Assembly (NCBI GenBank): GCA_050949255.1
Contig: JBMNFJ010000016.1
Location: 524,665 to 588,664 of the forward strand
Length of the DNA stretch: 64,000 bases
Source of the DNA: Caldicoprobacterales bacterium
Lineage (GTDB): Bacteria; Bacillota; Clostridia; Caldicoprobacterales; UBA3941
Reading direction: 5' to 3'
Shown here: in pieces, positions 17,662 through 26,422 of the stretch
Layout: every line of letters begins with the position of its first letter
Numbering within the stretch: position 1 is the stretch's first letter
Program-made: the position numbers and the translations under genes
Notes under the pieces: model-generated
Told to the model about the DNA's origin: nothing
The model's input: the letters and a program-made list of their open reading frames with translations, nothing else
The model's database searches: none

Positions 17662-20250
17662 GTGGATAAGAAGAAAGTGATTATTATAGACGGTAATAGT
17701 TTGATGTATAGGGCCTTTTATGGTATTCGAGTTTTAACCACCAGTAAAGGCGTCTATACCAATGCGGTATTTGGCTTTACCAATATGTTATTTAATTTAG
17801 TAGATCAATATCAGCCGGATTATATAGGGGTAGCTTTTGACTTAAAAGGGCCTACCTTTAGACACGAAATATACGCTGACTACAAGGCCAACCGGCAAAA
17901 AACCCCCGAAGAGTTGTTACCACAATTTCAATTATTGAAGTCTTTGTTAAGGGCCATGAATATAGCCATTTATGAAATGGAAGGCTATGAGGCGGATGAT
18001 ATTTTGGGTACTTTCTCCAACTTGGCAAAGAATCACGATTTTCATGCATTATTGGTTACCGGAGACAGGGATGCGCTGCAGTTGGTATCCCAAGACGTTA
18101 CTGTCTTACTAAACCGTCGGGGCACCACGGATATGCAGATTTTTGATCCCGAGGAAGTGGAAAAGGTCTATGGATTAAGACCTGATCAGATTATAGATCT
18201 TAAGGCTCTTATGGGAGATAGCTCGGACAATATTCCTGGGGTTCCCGGGGTAGGAGAAAAAACTGCTTTGAAGCTTTTAAGCCAATATTCTACTTTGGAG
18301 CATGTTTACGATAACATTGATCAAATTTCCGGAAAAAGATTAAGAGAAAATTTAAACTTATATAGGGAGCAAGCTTTCCTTAGTAGGGAATTAGCTACCA
18401 TTATAAAGGATGTGCCTATTGATTTTAATTTAAAAGACTGTAGTTACAAAATCCCCAAATCTCCGGAGTTGAGAGATATATTAGAGGAGCTGGAATTCAA
18501 AAGCATCATAAGTAAGTTGGATTTTGACGATGATGGTCGCTCATCAAAGATCTTGGAGAGATCAAAGGAAACCATAGAAGTAAAAGGCTTAGATCAGCTT
18601 TCTAACTATGTAAAACAAGGTTTAGTGAAGGAAAGAATCGGCCTGATCTTTGACGATAGTGCCATAACCTTCTCCTGGGATAAGAACCAGGTTTATCACA
18701 TCAAATTATTCCGGGACATGTTAGATGACGGGTTGGACTATTACGATGTGCTAAAAGGTTTAGAGCCCATTTTAAAGGCTCAAGGGGTTGGAAAAATTGT
18801 TCATGATGGCAAGAAACTATTGCTAGAGGCTTCTAAACTGGGAATAGAGATAAGCAATCTTTTATTTGATACCTATATAGCGGCATATCTATTGGATCCC
18901 ACCCATACCAGGTATGATATTAGGTATTTACTTTATGAGTATCTGGGTATAGAAGTGGACATTGTGGACGCCGCAGATCTACTCTTGTTGGCTGATGACT
19001 TTAAGGAAAGGCTAAGAGAAACAGGTATGGAAAAGCTCTATAAGGAAGTAGAACACCCATTGATTCAGGTGCTGGCCGATATGGAGATAACGGGTTTCAA
19101 GGTAAACGAGGCAATCTTAAGGGAGTTGGATGTGGAGTTTACCGCCATCTTGGAAGACCTGACCAAAGAAATATATGAAATAGCAGGCCAAGAGTTTAAT
19201 ATAAATTCACCTAAGCAATTAGGTGAGATACTATTTGAGAAGCTGGGATTGCCCGTAGTCAGAAGGACAAAAACCGGTTATTCCACCAATATTGAGGTCT
19301 TGGAACAGTTAAGGGATCAGCATGTAATTATTGAGAAAATAATTGAATACCGGCAAGTAATGAAGTTAAAATCTACCTATATAGATGGACTTTTAAGCGT
19401 GATTGATCCCCGGGACGGAAGAATTCATTCAAGCTTCAATCAAACAATAACTGCTACAGGTAGGATTAGCAGTACTGAACCGAACCTTCAAAATATTCCT
19501 GTACGTATGGAGATGGGTAGAAGGATAAGAAAGGTCTTTGTAGCCAGCGATGAAGACCATGTTCTATTGGATGCAGACTATTCACAGATAGAGCTGCGAG
19601 TATTAGCCCATATATCGAAGGATCCTACTTTCATCCATGCATTTGAAAACAACCAGGATATACATCGTAGAACAGCTTCTGAAGTACTGGGCATACCCTT
19701 GGAGGAGGTAACGCCGGAACAGCGTAATGACGCAAAGGCAGTGAATTTTGGTATAATCTATGGAATAAGTGACTTTGGCCTGGCCAGAAATTTAGGAATA
19801 CCAAGAAATAAAGCTCGCTTGTATATAGAGAATTATCTAAAAAGGCATCCTGGCATAAAGGAGTACATGGATAGGGTAGTTGAAGAAGGGAAGGAACAGG
19901 GTTATATTAAAACCCTCATGGGAAGAAGGCGGAATCTTCCGGAATTGTCATCGAGAAACTTCAACACTCGTTCCTTTGGTGAAAGGGTTGCCATGAATAC
20001 ACCTATCCAAGGGACGGCGGCGGATATTATCAAAAAAGCCATGAATGATGTTTATTATGAACTAAAAACCCGAGGCCTTAGATCTAAGCTGGTACTCCAG
20101 GTGCATGATGAATTGATTGTTGATACTTATAAGCCTGAATTGGATGAGGTAAAGGAAATACTTCGGGACAAAATGGAAAACGCTATGAAGTTATCCGTAC
20201 CCTTGGTTGTGGATATTGGGGTAGGATCCAATTGGTATGACGCAAAATAA
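17662..20250 (+). CDS. polA: DNA polymerase I
   Basis: 862 aa. 5' nuclease domain (GDSSDNIPGVPGVGEKTA) and polymerase motifs DYSQIELRVLAH and QVHDELIV. The central domain lacks an obvious DxE ExoI motif, so proofreading is likely inactive, as in Bacillus. GTG start. Confidence 0.95.
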   Translation: MDKKKVIIIDGNSLMYRAFYGIRVLTTSKGVYTNAVFGFTNMLFNLVDQYQPDYIGVAFDLKGPTFRHEIYADYKANRQKTPEELLPQFQLLKSLLRAMNIAIYEMEGYEADDILGTFSNLAKNHDFHALLVTGDRDALQLVSQDVTVLLNRRGTTDMQIFDPEEVEKVYGLRPDQIIDLKALMGDSSDNIPGVPGVGEKTALKLLSQYSTLEHVYDNIDQISGKRLRENLNLYREQAFLSRELATIIKDVPIDFNLKDCSYKIPKSPELRDILEELEFKSIISKLDFDDDGRSSKILERSKETIEVKGLDQLSNYVKQGLVKERIGLIFDDSAITFSWDKNQVYHIKLFRDMLDDGLDYYDVLKGLEPILKAQGVGKIVHDGKKLLLEASKLGIEISNLLFDTYIAAYLLDPTHTRYDIRYLLYEYLGIEVDIVDAADLLLLADDFKERLRETGMEKLYKEVEHPLIQVLADMEITGFKVNEAILRELDVEFTAILEDLTKEIYEIAGQEFNINSPKQLGEILFEKLGLPVVRRTKTGYSTNIEVLEQLRDQHVIIEKIIEYRQVMKLKSTYIDGLLSVIDPRDGRIHSSFNQTITATGRISSTEPNLQNIPVRMEMGRRIRKVFVASDEDHVLLDADYSQIELRVLAHISKDPTFIHAFENNQDIHRRTASEVLGIPLEEVTPEQRNDAKAVNFGIIYGISDFGLARNLGIPRNKARLYIENYLKRHPGIKEYMDRVVEEGKEQGYIKTLMGRRRNLPELSSRNFNTRSFGERVAMNTPIQGTAADIIKKAMNDVYYELKTRGLRSKLVLQVHDELIVDTYKPELDEVKEILRDKMENAMKLSVPLVVDIGVGSNWYDAK

Positions 20251-20332
20251 CCCTGGACCTTCTGAGATTGTTAATACCAAAGATACAAGTATCAACCGGG
20301 ATTCACATAAGACAGCTTAATTGGAGGATACA

Positions 20333-20944
20333 ATGAGGATTATCGGTTTAACAGGTGGTATTGCTGCTGGAAAGTCCCAGGTTTCGAGAATTTTGTCCGA
20401 ACTTGGGGCAATAATCATTGATGCAGACGTTATAGCCAGAGAAATAGTAGAAAAGGGTACTTCGACTTGGGAAGAGATAAGAGATGAATTCGGTGAAGAA
20501 TATTTTCTGGCTGATGGGAGTCTGAATCGTAAAAAGCTGGGAAAATTAGTGTTTTCCGATAAACATGCCCTACGAAAGTTGAATGATATCACCCATCCAG
20601 CCATAAGAAATAGTATAATTTCTAGGCTAGATGAGCTGAAAACCCAGGATTATAAAGGGGTTGTTGTAGTAGATGCGGCTTTATTGCTTGAAGTGGGATG
20701 GGATGATTTGGTTGATGAAGTATGGGTGGTTGATGCGCCCTTGGAAATTAGGATAACCAGGCTTATGGATCGGGACGGTTTATCCAGGGAAGAGGCTTTA
20801 AATCGCATTAACAGCCAAATGACACAAGAGGAAAAAAACGAAAAAGCAGATAAAATTATTAAAAATGAATCCAATATGGACAATCTTGAAAAACAGGTGG
20901 AACGGGCTTTGGAACATACCTTGAAGGGAATATATATGCGGTGA
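20333..20944 (+). CDS. coaE: Dephospho-CoA kinase
   Basis: MRIIGLTGGIAAGKS P-loop. ATG 20333 follows GGAGGA. The polA-coaE synteny is common in Firmicutes. Confidence 0.9.
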   Translation: MRIIGLTGGIAAGKSQVSRILSELGAIIIDADVIAREIVEKGTSTWEEIRDEFGEEYFLADGSLNRKKLGKLVFSDKHALRKLNDITHPAIRNSIISRLDELKTQDYKGVVVVDAALLLEVGWDDLVDEVWVVDAPLEIRITRLMDRDGLSREEALNRINSQMTQEEKNEKADKIIKNESNMDNLEKQVERALEHTLKGIYMR

Positions 20945-20963
20945 AGGGATAGCAGGACAGGTC

Positions 20964-21524
20964 ATGAGAAAAATTATTATTTGGGTAATATTGTTAATTT
21001 TTATAGGTATTATTTTTTTGTACTGGTTTTTAAAATCTCCAATAATACAAAAAAAAATCTATCCTCTAAAGCATAAAGAGGAGATACTTAAATTTTCACG
21101 GCAATATGATCTGGATCCTCATCTAATCATGGGTATCATATGGGTTGAGAGCAAGTTTATACCCGAGGCTACATCCAGTAAGAATGCCAAAGGACTGATG
21201 CAAATTGTTCCCGATACTGGTAAGTGGATTGCAGATCAAATAGGCGTCGAAGGATACAAGGAAGAAAGTCTCTATGATCCTGAGATCAATATCAGATTCG
21301 GTTGTTGGTATTTTGCTTATTTGCTTGAATTTTTCGGTGGAGATGTAGATTTGGCTTTAGCTTCATATAATGGCGGGATGGGCAACGTGATGAAATGGCT
21401 TAAGGACAGTAGGTACAGCGATGATGGAAAGCATCTTAAGAGAATACCTTTTAAGGAAACCAGTGATTATCTGGAAAAGGTGGAAGATGCTTATAAACAA
21501 TACAAAAAACTATATGAAATTTAA
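20964..21524 (+). CDS. Membrane-anchored lytic transglycosylase (SLT domain)
   Basis: N-terminal TM helix, catalytic E-S (IIWVESKF), GLMQIVPDTG and ASYNGGMGNV motifs. Confidence 0.85.
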   Translation: MRKIIIWVILLIFIGIIFLYWFLKSPIIQKKIYPLKHKEEILKFSRQYDLDPHLIMGIIWVESKFIPEATSSKNAKGLMQIVPDTGKWIADQIGVEGYKEESLYDPEINIRFGCWYFAYLLEFFGGDVDLALASYNGGMGNVMKWLKDSRYSDDGKHLKRIPFKETSDYLEKVEDAYKQYKKLYEI

Positions 21525-21543
21525 TTTGGAAGGAAATGCCCCT

Positions 21544-23241
21544 ATGATACGTAAAATTTTATACAGCTTGGTAATCTTTTTCTTGATATTTGCTACAATG
21601 GGGTGCAGCATTTCAAAAATTCTACCTATACAGCAGGATGAAACTCAAGAGGATACCAGAGAAGAAACAGGGCTGCTCCCAGAACTCACCTTACCTACTA
21701 TGGGAGGACAATTAAGGATACCTATTTCACAGCCTGATAGTATAGATCCACTTCTTACTAAGTCCAGGGATTTTATTAATTTCTCGGGGCTTATTTATGA
21801 AGGCTTATTTTCCTATGATAAGGACCTTAACATAGTTCCTATGTTAGCTGAATCCTGGGAGGTAACCGATGGGGGGAAATTATGGCGATTTTACCTTCGA
21901 AAGGGAGTCAGTTGGCACCATGGAGGTGAATTCACTGCCAAAGATGTAAAACATACCTTTGATATATTGTTAAATCAGGCGCAAGGTCTTGAGAAGGAAG
22001 AGGTTGGATCAATCCACGCAAAGAGACTTTTTGACGGTAGGAATATCGCACGTATGGAGTTTGTCATCAATAATCCTTACGCAGTTGATTTGATTTTAAA
22101 TGAGCCAACAGGAATTGGGCTATTGGAAGCTATGACTTTTCCTATACTGCCTGCCGGCGAAGAAGAGCATGATTTTGGTCTAATGGATATAGAATCCCTC
22201 AACGGAACGGGTCCATACAAAGTGGAAGCAGGGAGCATAGAAGCAGGCGGGGAAGTTAGATTGGTAAGAAACGATGAATGGTGGGGTTCACCAAAACCTT
22301 ATATTGACAGTATAGTAGCCAAGGTGTATGAGGACAATGTACAATCTGTAGAGGCTTTTAAAGGCGGCCAGGTAGACCTGGTGGATACCCATGTGATATA
22401 TGGGAAAACCCATGGTATGGGAGGTCAGGTACAATCATATCCCTATTTGACTCAGTACTTCAACTATATCGGTATCAATCATAATTATCCAGGTATACTG
22501 AGGAATGTAACAACTAGACAAGCCATAGCTTATGCTATAGACAGGAAGGATATTCTACCCAGGGTTTATTCTGGCAATGCTCAAGCGGTTGATGTACCTA
22601 TACCTCCAGATGCCTGGTATTATAATTCGGATTTGAGGGTGTATGATTATCAGCCACAAAAGGCGCTTCAGTTACTCAGCCAGGTTGGATTGATGGATAC
22701 TGATGATATTGATATACCAGATGTAGATGTTGAAGATGAGGAGGAAACTCAACGTCCTACATTCACCATCAATGTCCATATGGACAATATCCTGCATAAA
22801 GAGGCTGTAAATCTTATTGTAAAACAATTAGGGGAAGTTGGCATCGATGTTAAAATAAGGCTTCTACCTTGGGATGAGTATATTACTGCCCTTGAGGAAG
22901 GAGACTTCGAGGCTGTTTTCGTAGAATACTATTCCGATATAGCCACCGATCTAAAACCTTTCTTTTATTCAAGGGAGCTTCCCCAGGGCTTTAACAATTA
23001 TGCAGGATACAGTAACGAAGAATTGGATGGCTTGCTGGATAGAATTGATCAAATAAATGATCCATCAGAATTTAAGGATATATACAAGAGAATTCAGGAA
23101 ATTTTGGTTGATGAGCTACCGATTATCAGCTTATACTATAGGACCTCATCTATTATAACCAATGAAAGGGTACATGGAATAAGAGCACCTAGAGAGCTTA
23201 TGATTTTTAGGGATATAAATGAATGGTATTTATCTAAATGA
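21544..23241 (+). CDS. ABC transporter substrate-binding lipoprotein, family 5 (peptide/nickel type)
   Basis: ATG 21544 gives MIRKILYSLVIFFLIFATMGCS (lipobox). At about 565 aa, its length and composition are typical of OppA/DppA-like SBPs. The ORF-track extension from 21421 overlaps the SLT gene and is not credited. Confidence 0.75.
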   Translation: MIRKILYSLVIFFLIFATMGCSISKILPIQQDETQEDTREETGLLPELTLPTMGGQLRIPISQPDSIDPLLTKSRDFINFSGLIYEGLFSYDKDLNIVPMLAESWEVTDGGKLWRFYLRKGVSWHHGGEFTAKDVKHTFDILLNQAQGLEKEEVGSIHAKRLFDGRNIARMEFVINNPYAVDLILNEPTGIGLLEAMTFPILPAGEEEHDFGLMDIESLNGTGPYKVEAGSIEAGGEVRLVRNDEWWGSPKPYIDSIVAKVYEDNVQSVEAFKGGQVDLVDTHVIYGKTHGMGGQVQSYPYLTQYFNYIGINHNYPGILRNVTTRQAIAYAIDRKDILPRVYSGNAQAVDVPIPPDAWYYNSDLRVYDYQPQKALQLLSQVGLMDTDDIDIPDVDVEDEEETQRPTFTINVHMDNILHKEAVNLIVKQLGEVGIDVKIRLLPWDEYITALEEGDFEAVFVEYYSDIATDLKPFFYSRELPQGFNNYAGYSNEELDGLLDRIDQINDPSEFKDIYKRIQEILVDELPIISLYYRTSSIITNERVHGIRAPRELMIFRDINEWYLSK

Positions 23242-23319
23242 TCACAGATTTATATACAAGCAACAACGAATTAATATCGACCTTCTGTTTTATACTATAT
23301 ATACTATAATTTTTCATCC

Positions 23320-23348
23320 TTGACAGGAGTATAACTAGATATTATAAT
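23320..23348 (+). promoter_or_regulatory. Consensus SigA promoter for tRNA-Leu(GAG)
   Basis: TTGACA, exactly 17 nt, TATAAT. The -10 ends 36 nt upstream of the tRNA 5' end. Confidence 0.8.
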
Positions 23349-23384
23349 AATATTTGTTACTCCAATTTGGTGTAATAAATAATT

Positions 23385-23471
23385 GCGGATGTGGCGGAAC
23401 TGGCAGACGCGTACGGTTGAGGGCCGTATGATAATTGCATCGTGTGGGTTCGAGTCCCACCATCCGCACCA
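23385..23471 (+). tRNA. tRNA-Leu (anticodon GAG), type II, CCA encoded
   Basis: GCGGATGTGGCGGAACTGGCAGACGC...TACGG-TTGAGGG-CCGTA...long variable arm...GGTTCGAGTCC...CATCCGCACCA. The ORF-track entry 23383-23565 is an artefact of this RNA gene. Confidence 0.92.
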
Positions 23472-23480
23472 TAGATTATG

Positions 23481-23508
23481 GAGAGGTTATTGTCACCTCT
23501 CTTTTTTA
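23481..23508 (+). terminator. Intrinsic terminator of tRNA-Leu(GAG)
   Basis: GAGAGGT-TATTGTC-ACCTCTC followed by TTTTTT. Confidence 0.85.
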
Positions 23509-23775
23509 TTTAACCCGGGCTATACACTGGCATTTTTAATACCGGGTAGGATACCAGGTGAATGATATCTTTCCTTGTAATAAAATTAACATTAAAGTAA
23601 GCTTTGGATTTAACTTTGCCAGGTTATCGAGTGATAGTTATATAACAAATAATCTATATCAGAAACAGTAAAAGGAAAAATATATTTGCACCAGATTAGA
23701 ATATCTCCTATAGGATAAGCTATAGTAGACATTCTATTATGAAAAGGTGATGGTATTCTGGACAAAGGCAGACTT

Positions 23776-24117
23776 TTGAAAATCGGTATTATCGGTGCTG
23801 TGGCTGGCTTGTGCAATGGACTGTTTGGATCAGGGGGAGGGATAATAGTAGTGCCCTCAATGATTTATCTGTTAAAAGTGGAAGAACATGATGCTCATGC
23901 TACAGCTATCGCTGTAATTTTGCCCCTATCCCTTGCAAGTATCCTTATATACTTTACGAACAACTATTTCGATTGGAATATTGTATGGAAAGTATGTGCA
24001 GGGAGCGTACTTGGAGCCGGTTTAGGAGCCAGGCTATTGCCCAAAATACCTGTGGGCATATTGAGCAGGATATTTGCCGTTTTTATGATAATGGCGGGAT
24101 TAAGGATGCTTTTTTAG
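23776..24117 (+). CDS. TSUP (TauE/SafE, DUF81) family transporter, N-terminal 4-TM half
   Basis: 113 aa, hydrophobic, with the GLFGSGGGIIVVP motif. It ends at TAG 24115-24117, directly abutting the next ATG in the same frame. TTG start with a weak RBS. Confidence 0.7.
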   Translation: MKIGIIGAVAGLCNGLFGSGGGIIVVPSMIYLLKVEEHDAHATAIAVILPLSLASILIYFTNNYFDWNIVWKVCAGSVLGAGLGARLLPKIPVGILSRIFAVFMIMAGLRMLF

Positions 24118-24483
24118 ATGATATTGTTTCTGATAGGCTTGGCCTCCGGGATAGTGAGCGGAATGGGAATGGGAGGGGGCACCATCCTAATTCCAGCCTT
24201 GATATTCTTGGCTGGAGTACCGCAACATTTGGCACAAAGTGTAAACCTCAGTGTCTTCTTTCCTGCTTCCATTTGTGCATTATGGATCCATACTAAAAAT
24301 AAACACGTTAGATACAAGCTAGCCCTGAAGATAATTGTGGTTGGTGTGGTTGGATCCCTTATTGGGTCAGTTATTGCAGTATCCATGTCTACCCAAATCC
24401 TTCGTAAACTGTTTGGAGTGTTTATTCTGGCTATGGGAGTATACGAGCTGTTCAGAAAAACCAATGATAAAGATAAGAAATAG
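24118..24483 (+). CDS. TSUP (TauE/SafE, DUF81) family transporter, C-terminal 4-TM half
   Basis: 121 aa, hydrophobic, with the second-repeat motif GMGMGGGTILIPA. ATG 24118 immediately follows the TAG of the first half. Confidence 0.7.
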   Translation: MILFLIGLASGIVSGMGMGGGTILIPALIFLAGVPQHLAQSVNLSVFFPASICALWIHTKNKHVRYKLALKIIVVGVVGSLIGSVIAVSMSTQILRKLFGVFILAMGVYELFRKTNDKDKK

Positions 24484-24599
24484 AACATATTAAGGGAATC
24501 TATCTCACTTGTTCATAGATGGGAGTACTCGTTGTCTAGTGCTAAAGATAACAGATTTAGATTATTTGTGTGCTTTTATGTAAGAATATAAAAAAATCA

Positions 24600-24628
24600 T
24601 TACATTTTACAACAATTTATGTTATAAT
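24600..24628 (+). promoter_or_regulatory. Near-consensus SigA-type promoter upstream of the rnf leader
   Basis: TTACAT, 17 nt, TATAAT preceded by TGT (extended -10). Confidence 0.5.
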
Positions 24629-24645
24629 ACATTTGTGTTAAAAAT

Positions 24646-24684
24646 CCGGCGGGGATTCGTTGTGAATCCCTAGTCGGCTTTTTT
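24646..24684 (+). terminator. Strong intrinsic terminator about 10 nt downstream of the predicted start site, 216 nt upstream of rnfC
   Basis: CCGGC.GGGATTC-GTTGT-GAATCCC..GTCGG forms 12 bp in total with a small internal bulge, then C + TTTTTT. Confidence 0.75.
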
Positions 24685-24900
24685 CATGTTGGGGAAGTGT
24701 TATTTATTTAACGAAAATCCCACAAAAATAGATATTTATGGTAAAATATTATTACCATGGTTTTACAGGTACCAATGTCAAGTTTACATTGAGATAATCA
24801 ACAATCCACAAATACAGCCGGGTTTATTCATAAGATGGAGGCATAGACTGGGCTGGTTATAAAATTGACGAAAGGGTTAGGTAAAGGAAGGTGTTTGTTA

Positions 24901-26232
24901 ATGGGGTTTGAATTATTTTCATTTTTTAAGGGGGGAGTCCATCCTCCTGGCAATAAGCATTTCACTGAGGACAAACCTATTGAGAAAGCAAAAGTGCCCG
25001 CTTTAGTTTATATACCCCTTCAGCAGCATATCGGCGCCCCTTGTGAGCCTACAGTAAAGCCTGGTGATCAAGTTAAGATGGGTCAGGTGATTGGTCAGCA
25101 AAAGGGTCATGTTTGCGCCCCAATCCACTCCAGTGTCTCAGGCAAGGTCAAATCCATTATCCCATTTGCAACGGCACATGGTAGCAAGGTACAGACTATT
25201 GTAATTGAAAACGATGGATTGGATACCCCTGCAGAGTCTATAATAGGACGGAATGTAGATGAGGTTTCAGCTCAAGAGATTTTGGACACCGTTTTAAATG
25301 CAGGGATTGTTGGTTTAGGCAATGCTACATTTCCTACCCATGTAAAGCTATCCCCGCCTGCGGATAAGGTTATAGAGGCCGTTATCCTTAACGGTGCTGA
25401 ATGTGAGCCCTATTTAACGGCAGACCATCGTCTAATGGTAGAGGAACCGGATGCGGTTGTTGGGGGATTAAGACTCATAATGAGGGTATTAGATGTAGAG
25501 ACAGGATATATAGGGATCGAAGACAATAAGCCGGACGCCATAGCTGCTATAGAAAAAGCAATAGGGGATTATCCTAATATTACCATCAAGACTTTGAAAA
25601 CTAAGTATCCTCAAGGTTGTGAACGGAATTTAATAGAAACCATAACAGGTAGGCAGGTACCATCGGGCGGATTGCCAATGGATGTGGGTATCATAGTAAA
25701 CAATGTTACTACAGCGGCACAGATATATAAGTCAGTCAGTACCGGAATGCCACTGATAGAAAGAACAGTTACCATTACAGGTAGAGGGATAAACAATCCT
25801 AGGAATCTTCTAGTGAGGTTTGGTACCCTTGTTAGTGATGTAATAGAAGAATGTGGCGGATTATCCTGCGAGCCAGGCAAAATAATAATAGGCGGACCTA
25901 TGATGGGAGTGGCACAACACACCGTGGATATACCGATTACAAAGGGTGTTTCCGGAATTGTTTTTATGCCACGTGATGAGGTTAAGGAAGAGGAGATACT
26001 GCCGTGTATCCGATGTGCAAAATGTATCCAGGTCTGTCCTATCCGCCTGATGCCGTTAAGCATAAGCGCACATTCCCTGAGGGGTGAATATGACACCTGC
26101 GAGACTCTTCACGCTTTGGATTGCGTTGAATGTGGTTCCTGCTCATATATCTGTCCCTCTAAAAGACCACTGCAGGAGTCCATCAAGCTGGCTAAGCAAG
26201 TGATCATCGACAGAAGAAGAAATGAGAATTGA
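24901..26232 (+). CDS. rnfC: Rnf complex subunit C (NADH-binding, 2x[4Fe-4S])
   Basis: MGFELFSFFKGGVHPPGNKHFTEDKPIE N-terminus, typical of RnfC. C-terminal CIRCAKCIQVCP and CVECGSCSYICP. ATG 24901 follows GGAAGGTG. Confidence 0.93.
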   Translation: MGFELFSFFKGGVHPPGNKHFTEDKPIEKAKVPALVYIPLQQHIGAPCEPTVKPGDQVKMGQVIGQQKGHVCAPIHSSVSGKVKSIIPFATAHGSKVQTIVIENDGLDTPAESIIGRNVDEVSAQEILDTVLNAGIVGLGNATFPTHVKLSPPADKVIEAVILNGAECEPYLTADHRLMVEEPDAVVGGLRLIMRVLDVETGYIGIEDNKPDAIAAIEKAIGDYPNITIKTLKTKYPQGCERNLIETITGRQVPSGGLPMDVGIIVNNVTTAAQIYKSVSTGMPLIERTVTITGRGINNPRNLLVRFGTLVSDVIEECGGLSCEPGKIIIGGPMMGVAQHTVDIPITKGVSGIVFMPRDEVKEEEILPCIRCAKCIQVCPIRLMPLSISAHSLRGEYDTCETLHALDCVECGSCSYICPSKRPLQESIKLAKQVIIDRRRNEN

Positions 26233-26422
26233 CAGGATACACTGGTTTCTTTATAAGATGAGACATTACAATTTCTTCGTATGTTAATAGATTCAAGAAG
26301 CTTCAAAGAGTAAGATATCAAACAGGTTAGAATAGGTACTAATAATTCAATTCCAAGAATTTAACTGGCTGGTTGTTTTACAGCGGTGCTTTATAATTAG
26401 TGAGAGGTTTGGAGGGAAAGGA

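Noticed and set aside
23383-23565. 60-aa ORF (MRMWRNWQTRTVEGRMI...)
   Set aside because: It coincides with tRNA-Leu(GAG) and its terminator, so it is an artefact of translating a structured RNA gene.
24115-24117. In-frame TAG between the TSUP halves considered as a pyrrolysine or programmed read-through codon
   Set aside because: There are no pyl genes or methylamine methyltransferase context in the window. The ATG immediately after the stop, and the fact that each half is a complete 4-TM repeat, make a split gene or a nonsense lesion the simpler reading.
23973-24296. 107-aa alternative-frame ORF bridging the TSUP junction
   Set aside because: Its translation is hydrophilic and Arg/Cys-rich and bears no similarity to TSUP proteins. 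It overlaps two ORFs that have clear family motifs.
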